A stretch of DNA of 64,000 bases, from assembly GCA_951406725.2 (NCBI GenBank), contig OX597814.1, forward strand, positions 183,768,001 to 183,832,000. The letters are read 5' to 3'. The stretch is from Octopus vulgaris (Eukaryota). The position numbers and the translations under genes are program-made. Position 1 is the first letter of the stretch, and every line of letters begins with the position of its first letter. The notes under the pieces are model-generated. The model saw only the letters and a program-made list of their open reading frames with translations. It was not told the origin of the DNA and searched no databases. Shown here one piece after another: positions 12,570 through 25,329 of the stretch.

Positions 12570-14139
12570 TTTGCACATATATGTGTGTATATATACATAT
12601 ATGCACATATATATATATATGCGTGTGTATGACTTGAATGTGATGTCTCGTAAAAAGATTTCTTTTCATAGGTTTATATTTTTCGTTTAGTTTGGTATTT
12701 TTTATTTGCTTTTTCTCCTTTCTAATCCCTCGATTCTCTTTTAATACGTATGCGCTATTCGCCCTCGTTTCTTCCTTTTGTATATATGATTAAATATGAA
12801 GTCGATTCAGCTTTGGTTCATTGCATGGAATTATCTGCATGGAGATTGTGTTTCTGTTGCTTCTAACATTGTCACTGTTTTTACTTTAGTTAATATTTGA
12901 GTGAGCGATAACTTCATTGATGTACCTCTCTTTTCATCGCCTAAGAAGTAAAGAGGAAAAGAAATAATGTCGTTTATACTAATACTTGGTGAAACCTTAC
13001 GTCTGTCGTTGTTGTTTTCGGTTGTTTTAATTATTGTAGTTAGTTTTGTAGATGGTAGTGCTACAGCTTCTTTCTCATGTTTTAGTTTGTCTTTGATTGG
13101 TTTTATTTATTTTTAGTTTAGTTTTTACTTTTTTCGTTTTCCGTTTCTTCTACTTCCCGTCTTTCTATTCACTTTCGTATCTTTATCTTTTCCTTGCCTT
13201 TGTTCCCATCTTTCCCGCGTCTCCAATATTATTTTTGTTATTTTCATATTTCTTCAAGCAATTGTTTTTATTTCTCGTCGTTATAGTCGCCAACATAATC
13301 ATCATTGTCATCATCGTAGTTATGTTCATATTCATCTCTTTCGTCTTTTCCTTTTCTCATTTTTTTTTACATCCTCTGGGTCTAGTAATCCCATCTAATA
13401 TGTTCACGGATCGATACGATATTGCGATCAGGAAAATAAGTCTTGCTTTTTTGTACCTTTGTCTCTGCTTTCTCTCTTTTCATCTTCTGTACATACTTTC
13501 CAATAAAATGTTCAGCCGCTTTTCTTTCCTTTCCTTATTTTGTCTTGTATCCAATAAAGACTATATTTATGCCACACTGGGATAAATATTGATTTTTCTG
13601 GCACAAGAACAAGATTCTCAAATGTATAAATGGGGCAAGGATAAAATGAGATTTTGTGTAGTTTATGTCTATCATTAAGTTATTAACAATGTAAGTGAAA
13701 TGAAATGGTTATAAACAGAGTTTACCTTGAGCAGTAATTTAGGATATTGATTCGTTTGTTTATGACACGTTTATCTGTAAGACTCAAGTGTAATGTTGAT
13801 TCTACTTTGATCTCGTTCAGGTTGATCAAAGATAAAGTAAACAGTGTTTGGTTTGATCCTGGAATTGAGAATAGATATTATCGGACAGATCCCCAAATTT
13901 GGTGGCAAATTACGTTGGATTGATATCATGAGCACTGATCTGTTTTGACTAAGTTTAGAGGTAATGTTTATCGAAAGACTGCTGAACTCATGGATACAGA
14001 ACTAATTTAACATGCTTTCTATCTCCCTGGGTAGTAAAAATAGTGACTGACATTTTTTAAAGTTCAGAATATTGACGGAAACAGCACCAAGAGCAACAAC
14101 AACACCAATAGGTACAGCTCCGACAACACACGCCCGCTG

Positions 14140-14460
14140 AGATATAGTGGATGTTCCGGGAACTCTTTCAAGCAACATCTCTCCAACAACAGGTCATACT
14201 TCAGAGTTCAGGGAAAGAAGATACGTAACATCACTGGCCAGCCATGTCTGACATCTAAGAGACGATGGGATTCGATACTCGATCTCATGGAAAATCATAG
14301 AGAACCCAGGCCCCTGCATCAACGGGACGAAGTGTAGCAAGTTATGCACAGCCGAACATGTGAGAATCGTAAAGGACTTACTCGAACCAGAGAACATCTT
14401 GAACTCCAGAACGGAGATTTTCGGGCCATGTTTACATTTCAGGAGATTCTTTCTAGCTTT
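14140..14460 (+). mobile_element. Penelope-like element GIY-YIG endonuclease remnant
   Basis: YSGCSGNSFKQHLSNNRSYF/TSLASHV*HLRDDGIRYSISWKII...CSKLCTAEH...ILNSRTEIFGPCLH; one frameshift and one stop. Confidence 0.8.
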
Positions 14461-14744
14461 TTGGAGCTCTACAAGATGGCGGCATAGCCGGACGTCGATA
14501 GCCTATAGCAAAGGAAGATAATCCCCAATTGTTACGTTTGAGTAGTGGGGAATTTCCTCCTCCATATTTGTAAGAAGTCTTGGGTCAACAAGTTTTTAGG
14601 ACCTCACGATACGCTATAAAACTAAACCCTTTATGGACGGAAAACCTAAGGTAATCCCATAAACCGGCCTCCCCCACTTTTGAGATATACGGCTCTACAT
14701 CATAGAGTGTGCTTCTTCTTTCAGATTTATGTTTTTTACAGGCG

Positions 14745-14975
14745 ATATATATGTATGTATATCTATGTGTGTGTTTCTTTCTGTCTGCGTCTGTCACCTC
14801 GCGAACGGTTTGACAACCTGTGTTGGTGTGTTTATATCCCCGTAACTTACCGGTTCGGCAAAAAAGACTCATAAAATAAGTACCGTATTTAAAAATTACT
14901 CACTGAGGTCGATTCATTCGACTGAAAATTCAAGGCGCTGCTCCATCATGGCCGCAGTCTAATGACTGAAGCAAA
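14745..14975 (+). mobile_element. SINE-B 3' half, degenerate
   Basis: TGGTGTGTTTATATCCCCGTAACTT...CATGGCCGCAGTCTAATGACTGAA. Confidence 0.8.
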
Positions 14976-15249
14976 TGAGAGATAAAAGTCGTAAACATGA
15001 GTCGGTTTCGTCATAATTACTGAACGATAACTGATTTCTGATCCTCTACAGATCAAGCAAGAACTTACTTTCTGATGCTGATTCTCCTCATTTACCTGAG
15101 TAACGAATATCTCACAGCATGATGTTTTCTTTGTCTTATTTAATAACCATCGTACTGCGAAGCGCTTCTCACGCAAAACCGTGAGATGCTTGGACTTGTA
15201 AGCACTTTGGGCAGTTGTTGCTGTTGTTTGTTCCTTCTCGAGCCATGCC

Positions 15250-15530
15250 TGGCTCATAAGGACCGGTTTTGTGGTTTCCTTGGCGTATAGGTTCCCAACC
15301 TGGACGGGACGCCGGTCCGTCGCAGGTGAGCTGCTAGATGCAGGAGGAAAGAGTGAGAGAAAGTTGTGGCGAAAGAGTCAGCAGAAGTTCGCCATTACCT
15401 TCTGCCGCGGAGCTGCGTGAAGCTTAGGTGTTTCGCTCATAAACACACACATCACCCGGTCTGAGATTCGAACCCGCGATCCCTGAATCGCAAGTCCGCT
15501 GCTCTAACCACTAGGCCATGTGCCTCCACC
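15250..15530 (-). mobile_element. SINE-C-like tRNA-derived SINE
   Basis: Reverse strand GTGGAGGCACATGGCCTAGTGGTTAGAGCAGCGG...GGGTTCGAATCTCAGACCGGG (A and B boxes). Confidence 0.85.
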
Positions 15531-16109
15531 AGGCACTTTGGGTAGGAACCGGAAAGAGAGGTATGAACGCGCAATGCGCATGTGTACACTGGATACGTAA
15601 AACGGAAGTGAAGAATACAAACGCAATGCGCATTTAACATCTCATGCAGCTATACTGCAATTTTCTTGTTGAATTTCAAATCCGATAATTATAGATGCAT
15701 AAATATTAGAAACGGCTGTTTGCTGAACTAAATATATTACAAAATAACGGGCTTTGATTGGTTCCATCGATAACTCAGTCCCATTCTATACGAATTTCTC
15801 GTCTAAAACCCCAAATTAAATCTCCATAATTAGAAACGCCTTAGCATAAATTGTAATCCTGTGTTAATGCAGTACCCCATATTGAAAAGGCACGATCATT
15901 TCAAATTTTTAATTCTGCTCTTGATCACGTTGTAAGACAGCAGGTCAAATACATTCACCATTAAAATAAAAAAAAAAGGAGGTGCCATAGTGTATTTTAA
16001 GTCACAAGGTTTTGGCTCCAACGTCTTTCCATATCTGCCCTTCGGGATCCTATGATAAACCATCCCTCTTAGAAGTGGCAATAATCCTTTCTACTATAGG
16101 CACAAGGCC

Positions 16110-16300
16110 TGAAATTTTGGGTGGGGAGTATAGTCGATTACTTCAACCACAGTGTTTCACTGGTACTTAATTTATGGACCCCAAAAGGATGAAAGGCAAA
16201 GTCGAGCTCGGCGGAATTTGAACTCAGAACGTAAAGACGGAAGAAATGCCGCGAAGCATTTTACCCCGTGTACTAACGATTCTGTCAACTCGCCGCCTTC
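16110..16300 (-). mobile_element. SINE-A, degenerate
   Basis: AAGGATGAAAGGCAAAGTCGAGCTCGGCGGAATTTGAACTCAGAAC. Confidence 0.8.
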
Positions 16301-16373
16301 TTAGAAGTGATAATAATACAGAGAATGACAGTATAGTAACATTATCTGTAGTAGTAGCAGCAGTAGCAGCAGC

Positions 16374-16429
<56 letters not shown>

Positions 16430-17152
16430 CTACAGTTGTTTTTTTTGTTTTTGTTACTGCAAAAATGCACTATTAGTTGCATTGATATCTGTGATTTTAC
16501 CGACTGTCGCTTAGTCCCAGGCCAACCTAATGATCACATCATTTTCTCTCTTCTTATTTTAAATCAGACAGTATGACTTGATGATAATTTGTCTGATATT
16601 TCTAGCAGCTCGCACCACCATGTACAGGTTCCCTCGTTGTCACGTTGTGAAGTTGATAACAGCTATGACGTCAATATCATTTGATTAACAACTCTCCAAG
16701 ACGTGATCAAAATAGTGTTTGCTTTCTTCATTTTTTTCCTGTTATCTTTGAATTTATTGACTTTCTCTAATTGTTTTACTACGCAAAGTTCCATATCTCT
16801 TTCGTCTGTGAAAGAATGTTCTCTATTATATTATCAACTACGAAATATTCTATTTGTTTCATATCTTATAGAAGAATGTTAGAAATCAAAGACGCATAAC
16901 GCATAAATGAAAGATACAACAAAAAAAATCAAACGTAATTTAAATCAAATAAGTCATATAACCAAAGCTGGAATATTCTAAATGAAATATTTTACTTAGG
17001 ATGTCTAGTTTTCACATTTGCTTCCTATTGTATTTTATAATGGTTTCAAATTTTGGCACAAGGCCAGCAATTTCGGGGCAGGGAGTAAGTCGATGACATC
17101 AACTGCCCAAAAGGATGACAGGTAAAGTCGATAGAATTTGAACTCAGAACAT

Positions 17153-17493
17153 CTTCTTAGACCCCCTTCGGTCATGAATGACCATGGGATTGCACCTAGA
17201 AATATACCCTCCGAGGCACAAGTCCAGGCAGGGTTGTTTATGGAAGGCCATCAGTTGCCCATGCATACCAGCCTTCTCTCTCCATGCTACCGATGTTATC
17301 CAAAGGAAAGGCAAAGGCCGATACAGCTTGGCACCTGTGACGTCGCAATTCATTTCTACAGCTGAGTGAACTGGAGCAACGTGAAATAAAGTGTCTTGCT
17401 CAGGAACACAACACGCAGCCCAGTCCGAGAATCGAGCTCACAACCTCACGATCGTAAGCTCGACGCTCTAACCACTGAGCCATATGCCTTCAC
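17153..17493 (-). mobile_element. tRNA-derived SINE-E nested in a SINE-A copy
   Basis: Head GTGAAGGCATATGGCTCAGTGGTTAGAGCG; 11-bp TSD ACTCAGAACAT at 17142 and 17494 splits the host SINE-A. Confidence 0.9.
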
Positions 17494-17805
17494 ACTCAGA
17501 ACATAAAGACAGACTAAAGCAATTTGTCCGGCTTGCTAACGATTTTACCAGCTCGCCGCCTTTATTGTATCTTCTATTAATTAAACTGGTGAAGGTGTTA
17601 CTGGTGCGGTTCACGGTGTGAAGCATTGTAATTCGAGAAATTAGCTGTGTATGTATCTGTTGGCATTGGCAGTATCACAACATTAATGTGATTATTGTTG
17701 ATATGTTTTGCTATTGTGATGGGGGTTCAAATGTTGGGCACAATATTGAATAATCTATGGTTCGCAGCTGCTCATTTACTGTGTACTATGCAACTAAAAA
17801 AAAAT

Positions 17806-18296
17806 GTGAAGGCGAGTGGCTTAGTGGTTAGTGTGTTAGCATCATGATCGTAAGATTGTGGTTTCGATTCCTGGACCGGGCTACGCGTTGTGTTCTTGAA
17901 CAAAACACTTCATTTCACGTTGTTCCCGTCCACTCAGCTGGCAAAAATGAGTAACGCTGCGATGGACTGGCGTTCCGTCCAGCTGGGGAACACATACGCC
18001 ATTGAAACCCGGGAAACCGGGCCCATGAGCCTGCTAGGCTTTAAAAGGGTGCATGTGGAGGCACGTGGCTTAGTGGTTAGGGTGTCAGCATCATGATCGT
18101 AAGATTGTGGTTTCGATTCGTGGACCGGGCTACGCGTTGTGTTCCTTGAGCAAAACACTTCATTTCACGTTGCTCCAGTCCACTCAGCTGGCAAAAATGA
18201 GTAACGCTGCGATGGAAAACATACGCTGTGGAAAACATACGCCATTGAAACAGGGAAACCGGGCCCATGAGCCTGGTTAGGCTTTAAAAGGGCGCA
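17806..18296 (+). mobile_element. SINE-D tandem dimer (two complete tRNA-headed units)
   Basis: Heads at 17806 and 18055 (TGGCTTAGTGGTTAG; GGTTTCGATTC); (TTTA)n tail. Confidence 0.9.
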
Positions 18297-18339
18297 TTTA
18301 TTTTATTTATGCAACTCAAAAGACCGAGTCGAGCCCACT

Positions 18340-18872
18340 TGGTATTAACACAGTAACATTCTGTTTGCTGCCAGTAATTTCGTGAAGGCACGCTGTGAGC
18401 ATACCTGTGTCAGTGGGGTAGAAAGGGCTCCTTAGCCGTAGTGAAGGCAATCTATCTAGGGAGATAACCTTACAATAAATCACTCGGTCCGTAGCTTAGA
18501 AATACTGGGTTGACATCCAGCGGGAACAGCTTTGTTTCATGGAGGAGGAAAGATCTTCTTTAGTACTTGGTTGTACAATGCTTTCCAATGTGTGTAGTAG
18601 TGGTGCGCGCACACATTATTAGCCATTTGAAAAGACTATGGAATTTGCAATTAACTGCACCAGGGTTCCTCTTCCCCAGGGAACCAGACCTAATGGTATA
18701 CCTGCGGATATAAGTCCAGCCCCTGCTTTGCCGGGTCCTGTCTCTGATCACGTTCTCCAGGGATACAGGCATCCGGCAACAGGACCTCCGTAATGCCATG
18801 ATGGATCGTGAAGTCTGGCGTAGCATGGTAAATTCCATTGTCTCGACCACGGTCGAACAATGATGATGATGA
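18340..18872 (+). mobile_element. Non-autonomous RTE-derived retroposon (5'-UTR-like part plus RTE 3' end)
   Basis: 3' end encodes SRDTGIRQQDLRNAMMDREVWRSMVNSIVSTTVEQ* followed by (TGA)n; near-identical inverted copy at 36797-37064. Confidence 0.7.
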
Positions 18873-19795
18873 TATCGTACAGTAATGGTCTTCGTGGTAG
18901 TAGTTTTGTTCAAGGGACCTCTGTATATTGTAACTTCATATCTGTTCCTGCGACCAAAAGTTATAAGAAAATTCACACGCTTAGAGTCATGAGAGAATGT
19001 TAATACACAAAAGGTGAATGAGTATATCTATTTATTTACACTCGGGTACATAATATATTTGCCTGCATTTGCTTTCGTTTTTGAAGATAAAGAACGGCAA
19101 GTTCTCAATCGTAACTCATTCCTTTCTCTCACATCTCTCATTATCTCTCATCGCACGTGTGTGTGTATGTGTGCGCATGTGTGCGTATGTGTGTGTATGT
19201 ATGTGTGTGTATGTGTGTGTGTCTGTGTGTGTGTGTGTGTGCGTGCGTGTGTGTGCGTGTGTGTATGTGTGCATGGCTGTGTATCAAACATAGGCGTCTT
19301 TGGAATTCTTATCATTTCTGCATCTAATCATCTGAACGTTTAATGAAATCTCTGTCTATGTAAGCCGTGATGTAGCGAACGTTGTATCGCGGGGCTGCGT
19401 TGAAAGACTTGTGTAGGATTGTTTCGTCTACTCGGGCTATTTTCTCTCTTTACAAGTACAATAACGCCCTTTAAGGGAAAATGACTCCCATCAGGGTTAG
19501 CAGGTGGAAGCGTGATAGGTCTAAATACGACATACGAACTTTTGCCTTTGACCCGATTATTCCTTATACTTTTTGTATAGTAGTGTGCCTATAAAATCTC
19601 CCTCAAAGTTTAGTCTCTCTATCTCTCTCTCTTTCTTCTGCTCTCTTCTCTGATTTTCTTTCTCTGTCTTCGTGCTTATCTCTCCCAACCTTTCTCAATA
19701 TTTCTCGTTCTCTCCCAACTTTCTTCCTTTCTTTCTTCCTTCTTGTCTTCCTTCCTTTCTTTCTTCCTTCCTTCGTTCCTTCGTTCCTTGCTTTC

Positions 19796-19859
<64 letters not shown>

Positions 19860-21107
19860 AAAAGTCTAACATTGTTATCGTACAGTTTGCATTCCAGCGT
19901 AAGGAATATTTATTCTCCCAATAACCACAACCACCACAGCCACCGCTGCGGCCCTCGTCGAAATCCTCCGCCTCCCTCTCCACCTCTTCCTTCACCTCCT
20001 CTCCCCTCCCCTCCCTTCCATCTCAGCATTATCATCATCACCATCATCATCAATTTTTATCATTACCATCAACATTGGAATACAACATCAGGCATGTACA
20101 TGTGTGCAGAAAGCCACGAGAAAGAGAGGGACGGAGAGAAAGAACGAAAGGAGAGAGAGAGAGAAAGGGACGGAGAAAGAGAGAAAGAAAGAAAGAGAGA
20201 GACAGTACTGACCGAAAACAAGAGAATTCAAGATGTGTGTGTGTGTGTGTGCGTGGGAGATGTCGAAACAGCAGGGTAGTGCTGTAATCATTCACTAACG
20301 CACACTCCAATAACATCGTATAGATATGTTTATCTCTATAATGCTATAAAATCCTATATCTTAATGTATGTGTCTGAAATATTTATGTAAACAACATATC
20401 GCTTACCAGTCTTTATCTAACAAGTGGTAAATTATATACGTATGTATGTGTGGTGGGGTGCGCATAAAAGCACTAAGGGTGGCCGGAGACGATGAGGACA
20501 CACAATAGCAGCAAACATATATATTTTCACTCCTAATGGATTTCCTTATCTCGTTTCAATACTTCCTTTTTTTTTGTTTTGCTTTCGGTCTCTTTATGTG
20601 TTTATTGTTTCACTTCGATTTTTCTCTTTATATTCTAGTTTTTAAAAACAACTTATTTCGGTCTGTAACCCTACCCGACCCGACCCGTTCCTGTACAGTT
20701 AGTTTACAAATGTTATTGTTTGCAGTGAAGTTAAAATGAATCCTTTGTCGGTTTAGATGCTGAATGCCCCAGTTGTTCGATCAACAGAAATACTTACTTA
20801 CTTAACTCGTTGAATTATTTTCTGTAAAGTGGTTGAGTGTATTTCATAGACGTTTTGTACACGTGATGTAAACGTCAGGCAGAATCAGCGTGACAGTGTG
20901 CGACAAGATTGGCCCCTTTGAATTACAGCTTCAGTCCATCCGACAGGCTGTCACTCAGACTCTATCCAGAACTGCCAGATCAATTACATGAAAACTAGCG
21001 TAAAACTTTCGACAAATAGGTGATTGTGTTAGAAAAGCGAAAGAAGGTGGACATTTTGTTAGTAAACTAATAGACACATAGATAGATAGACAGACAGACA
21101 GACATAC

Positions 21108-21189
<82 letters not shown>

Positions 21190-21469
21190 GTTTCTTTATT
21201 GGCCACACAGGGCTGCACACAGATGGGACAAGTTACAAGGTAGAGCTTTTCTTTTGGGGGATGAAAAAAACAAAAAAACAAAAGAAACAAAAAAAAAAAA
21301 AAAAAAAAAACGGGTGGCGTAAGTTTTCGATCAAGAGGGATCGTAAAAGGGAAGAAAAGAACAAAAAAAAAAAGAAAAAAAGAAAAGAAATAAAAATAAA
21401 AAAAAGAAATGGAAAAGGAACAAAAGAAAAGAGAAATGAAAAAAGAAGAAAAAAGGGGGAAACAAAAGG

Positions 21470-21509
<40 letters not shown>

Positions 21510-21604
21510 CATACATACATACATACATACATACATACATACATACATACATACATACATACATACATACATACTACACACATATACATACCGGTATACA
21601 TTTT

Positions 21605-21790
21605 TTTTTCCATTTATACCAAGAAGCACTGGTGCAGTTGGTTTAGTGAATAAATGCCTAAGTGACAATCTAGATAAGCTGGTGTTCTCAGAAAATGAAA
21701 TAAACCGGGCAGCACGCACATTGGAAATACAATCTGTAAGTGGTATAGTAAAGATATGCAAAACTTGTCTCAAGATTAAAATGGGAATTC
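21605..21790 (+). mobile_element. C-terminal remnant of an RLE-type (R4/NeSL-like) non-LTR element
   Basis: STGAVGLVNKCLSDNLDKLVFSENEINRAARTLEIQSVSGIVKICKT resembles the 'GALG...L..LG.....Q..S..GT.KI' C-terminus. Confidence 0.5.
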
Positions 21791-21809
21791 AGCCAAGGTT
21801 ACATATTTC

Positions 21810-22230
21810 GGATCTTTTCTGTTTGAACGGCAGTTTTTAACATAATTTCTAGGTAACTAAGAAATTTTAAACTTCGTATACTGGTAGAATGTGTTTATTA
21901 AACATCTTTTTCTCTTGGCTTTATTGACAAAATTCTATAGTTTGTAAGATATTTGTTGTTCTTTTTTTTACTTCAATTTCTGCAATTTCAACCAATCAAA
22001 TACGTCTATTGAGGTAAATAACACTCTGTACCGTATGAATATGTCCCTCGTTTAAGAAACAGATTGGGTTTGTTTACATTTGTGAAGAAAAAAAGATACT
22101 CTTCCCCCCACCCCTAACCATAACCCTAAAATAGATTGAAATGCAATAGATCGATACTAGGGTCATAATTATGGGTGACAATTTCATATGACACCGCTAG
22201 AAAAAACTGCTGTTCAAACCGAAAAGATCC
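21810..22230. mobile_element. MITE, ~28-bp terminal inverted repeats (TIRs), 8-bp TSD (Merlin-like GG termini)
   Basis: GGATCTTTTCTGTTTGAACGGCAGTTTT...AAAACTGCTGTTCAAACCGAAAAGATCC; TSD CATATTTC at 21802 and 22231. Confidence 0.9.
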
Positions 22231-22584
22231 CATATTTCTACATATGTATCTTCACAGTAACGTACACAAACACACACAAACACACACACACACACACAAG
22301 GATGTATATAAACAAACTAGCCACGCAGAGCTTTTGAAAAATATCCAGGTATTCCATAATCATAGCTCGATATATCCGCATCAATAGAATTGTTGATTTG
22401 GAACAATATGAAGGGAAGGAAAATCCAACCCTCAACTTCAAGTTTTAATCGTGGCAAAAGATTGTCAGAACTTTTAAGGAATACATTACCTGTTTAATAT
22501 TTAGTAGAAACAGAATGTGAATAGGGAGACAAATCATAACATTGTAGGCAGAGTTATAATGATTATGTAATTTTTTTAATTTTA

Positions 22585-22892
22585 TGCGCCCTTTTCAAGC
22601 CTAACCAGGCTCATGGGCCCGGTTTTCCGGTTTCTGTGGCGTATGTGTTCTCCCCAGCTGGACGGGACGCCAGTCCGTGGCAGCGTTACTCAAGAAACAG
22701 GAAGAAAGAGTGAGAGAAAGATGGGGCAAAAGAGTACAACAGGGGTCGCCCCCCCCCCCCCCACTGCCGGAGCCTCGTGGGGCTTTAGGTGTTTTCGCTC
22801 AATAAACACACACAACGCCCGGTATGGGAATTGAAACCGCGATCCTCCGACCACGAGTCCGCTGCCCTAACCACTGGGCCATTGCGACTCCA
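22585..22892 (-). mobile_element. tRNA-derived SINE (C head, D-like tail)
   Basis: Head GTGGAGTCGCAATGGCCCAGTGGTTAGGGCAGCGGACTCG; tail GGGCCCATGAGCCTGGTTAGGCTTGAAAAGGGCGC. Confidence 0.85.
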
Positions 22893-23701
22893 CCATAGTG
22901 ATTATACTAATCGAACTACAAAAATATACAATATGCAAGGATTTTTACCTTAAGAAATTAAATATTTAAAAAATCAAGTATCCTTAATTATAAAAATATA
23001 CTGCGCAGTTAGAAATACAACATAATTTGCAACTAGCAGCCCCACGTAGCAACTCTGAATTTTTTTGATCAAATTTCCTAAAATTTTGATCAAACTAACC
23101 CTTTGGTAGACGGTCTATGTACTGATGGTTTTGTGCAATGGTATCATACTCAAGGCATAGTAATTACGATGAAAACTCCTTAGTGAAAGCGAATAAATGC
23201 TGCGTTCGTGTTAGTTCCTATTTACTGTTAGGAGTCATGAGCGCAGTTTGACTAAATAGTTAAGAATACCACTCCACAGCTGCAGGATCTGAGTTCATAT
23301 CACTGCATCACGTTTTATGCTCACGTCATTTTGAATAGCCTTGTGGTGATCTATACCCGAGTAAAATTGCATTGACAGAAACTGCTTAGACGCACGACTG
23401 TTCCGGTACCTGTACTTCAAATCACCTAAAGTGTATACGTATCTATGGAATGCTCCCTTGCACTTCAGTTCAGGAGCCGGTATTTCACTTGAGCAACAGA
23501 TTTCCGCCACCTGTAATGCTAGAAATCATTTCACGGCCAATTCACCTTTCGACTTTCAAAGCTTTAATCAATGGGTAAAGTTTTACTCTTTTCATTGTTG
23601 AAAATAGTAACTCAACAGATCCATAGTACGCGACAATCAACCTATTTACATAGGTCGTTGTTATTGCTTAGGTCCAAGGCAGCTGTTATTAAGAAAACCT
23701 A

Positions 23702-23933
23702 TTTTTTTTACTACCCACAAGGGGCTAAACATAGAGGGGGACAAACAAGGACAGACAAGCGGATTAAGTGGATTACATCGATCCTAGTGCACAACTGGTA
23801 CTTAATTTATCGACCCCGAAAGGATGAAAGGCAAATTCGACCTCGGCGGAATTTGAACTCAGAACGTAACGGCAGACGAAATACGGCTACGCATTTCGCC
23901 CGACGTGCTAACGTTTCTGCCAGCTCACCGCCT
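23702..23933 (-). mobile_element. SINE-A full-length
   Basis: Complete head and body; TSD TGTTATTAAGAAAACCTA at 23684 and 23934. Confidence 0.95.
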
Positions 23934-24167
23934 TGTTATTAAGAAAACCTATGATAGGAGGTATTCAAGCAACAAACGCATCATCTTTTTTCTGGACACA
24001 ATCAACTCACCGCTACATTATCCAAAATATTTTTCTTTGCTAATTTGTGATTTCAGGGAATTTAACTGGTAGTACTAGTAGGTTGACTGACTGACTACGT
24101 ACAGCTGCAGAAGACGGCGCATTTGTTTCATAATCTACTTACATATGTGTCGTTGAATTTCACATTT

Positions 24168-24387
24168 AGAAGAAGAAGAAGAAGAAGAAGAAGAAGAAGA
24201 AGAAGAAGAAGAAGAAGAAGAAGAAGAAGAAGAAGAAGAAGAAGAAGAAGAAGGAGGAGGAGGAGGAGGAGGAGGAGGAGAAGAAGAAGAAGAAGGAGGA
24301 GGAGGAGAAGGAGAAGAAGGAGGAGGAGAAGAAGAAAAAGAAGAAAAAGAACAAGAAAAAGAAGAAGAAGAAGAAGAAGAAGAAGAA
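24168..24387. repeat. (GAA)n/(GGA)n polypurine tract
   Basis: Seen directly. Confidence 0.98.
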
Positions 24388-24749
24388 ATTAATTCATATA
24401 TTAGCATTAGTGCTGCTCAACAGAATGTAATTTTCTCCACTAAATTAGAAAGAAAATAAAGGGTCTTTATCTTTATAAGGAAGCTGAACTATCAAGGGAG
24501 TTTCTACTTGATCCATTTACCTTATCGTCGTAGCGAACAAATCTCCATATCCCATTCCCCTGACAGAACTAGATATTTTAAACTTCGTTACATTTACAAA
24601 GATACGAAAAACATCTCTCATCATTCTTTTTTTAAATACAGGATCTTTTGCGGAAGACATCAACTGATTACTGGTTTCCTCTTTTGACTATACACAAATT
24701 TGTAACAACCACAAGCATCCGGAATCTAAATCTACTTGGTGTATATATA

Positions 24750-25160
24750 TATTTCTTTAATGCCCACAAGGTGATATACATAGAGAGGACAAACAAGGAA
24801 AGACAAACGGATTAAGTCGATTACATCGACCCCAGTGCGTAACTGGTACTTTATTTATCGACCCCAAAGAGATGAAAGGCAAAATCGACCTCGGCGGAAT
24901 TTGAACTTAGAACGTAACAGCAGACGAAATATCTATTTCTTTACTACCTACAAGGGGCTAAACACAGAGAGGACAAACAAGGACAGACAAACGGATTAAG
25001 TCGATTACAGCGACCCCAGTGCGTAACTGGTATTTATTTAATCGACTCCAAATGGATGAAAGGCAAAGTCGACCTCGGCGGAATTTGAACTCAGAACGTA
25101 GCGGCAGACGAAACACCGCTAAGCATTTCGCCCGGCGTGCTAATGTTTCTGCCAGCTCGC
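24750..25160 (-). mobile_element. SINE-A dimer
   Basis: Two bodies, one head; flanking TTGGTGTATAT duplication. Confidence 0.9.
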
Positions 25161-25329
25161 AGAATATATTTGGTGTATATGTGTCTGTGTGTGTAGGTGT
25201 GTGTGTCTGTGTAGGTGTGAATATGTATGTTCGTGCGTGTATGTGTACACCAAGAAGAGTCAAAAGTATTTTCCGTATTTCAGGCTTTAATCAATAATTA
25301 AAAAGCATTACAAACAAAAAGCGTTTATT

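Noticed and set aside
13097-13585. Hydrophobic 162-aa ORF resembling a membrane protein
   Set aside because: Artefact of a T-rich strand
13821-13960. AG...GT-bounded exon candidate
   Set aside because: Stops in the plausible frames; GGKLRWIDIMSTDL looks more like a decayed LINE 3' end
20955-21773. Longest ORF (272 aa)
   Set aside because: Spans GATA/CATA repeats and A-rich tracts; no domain
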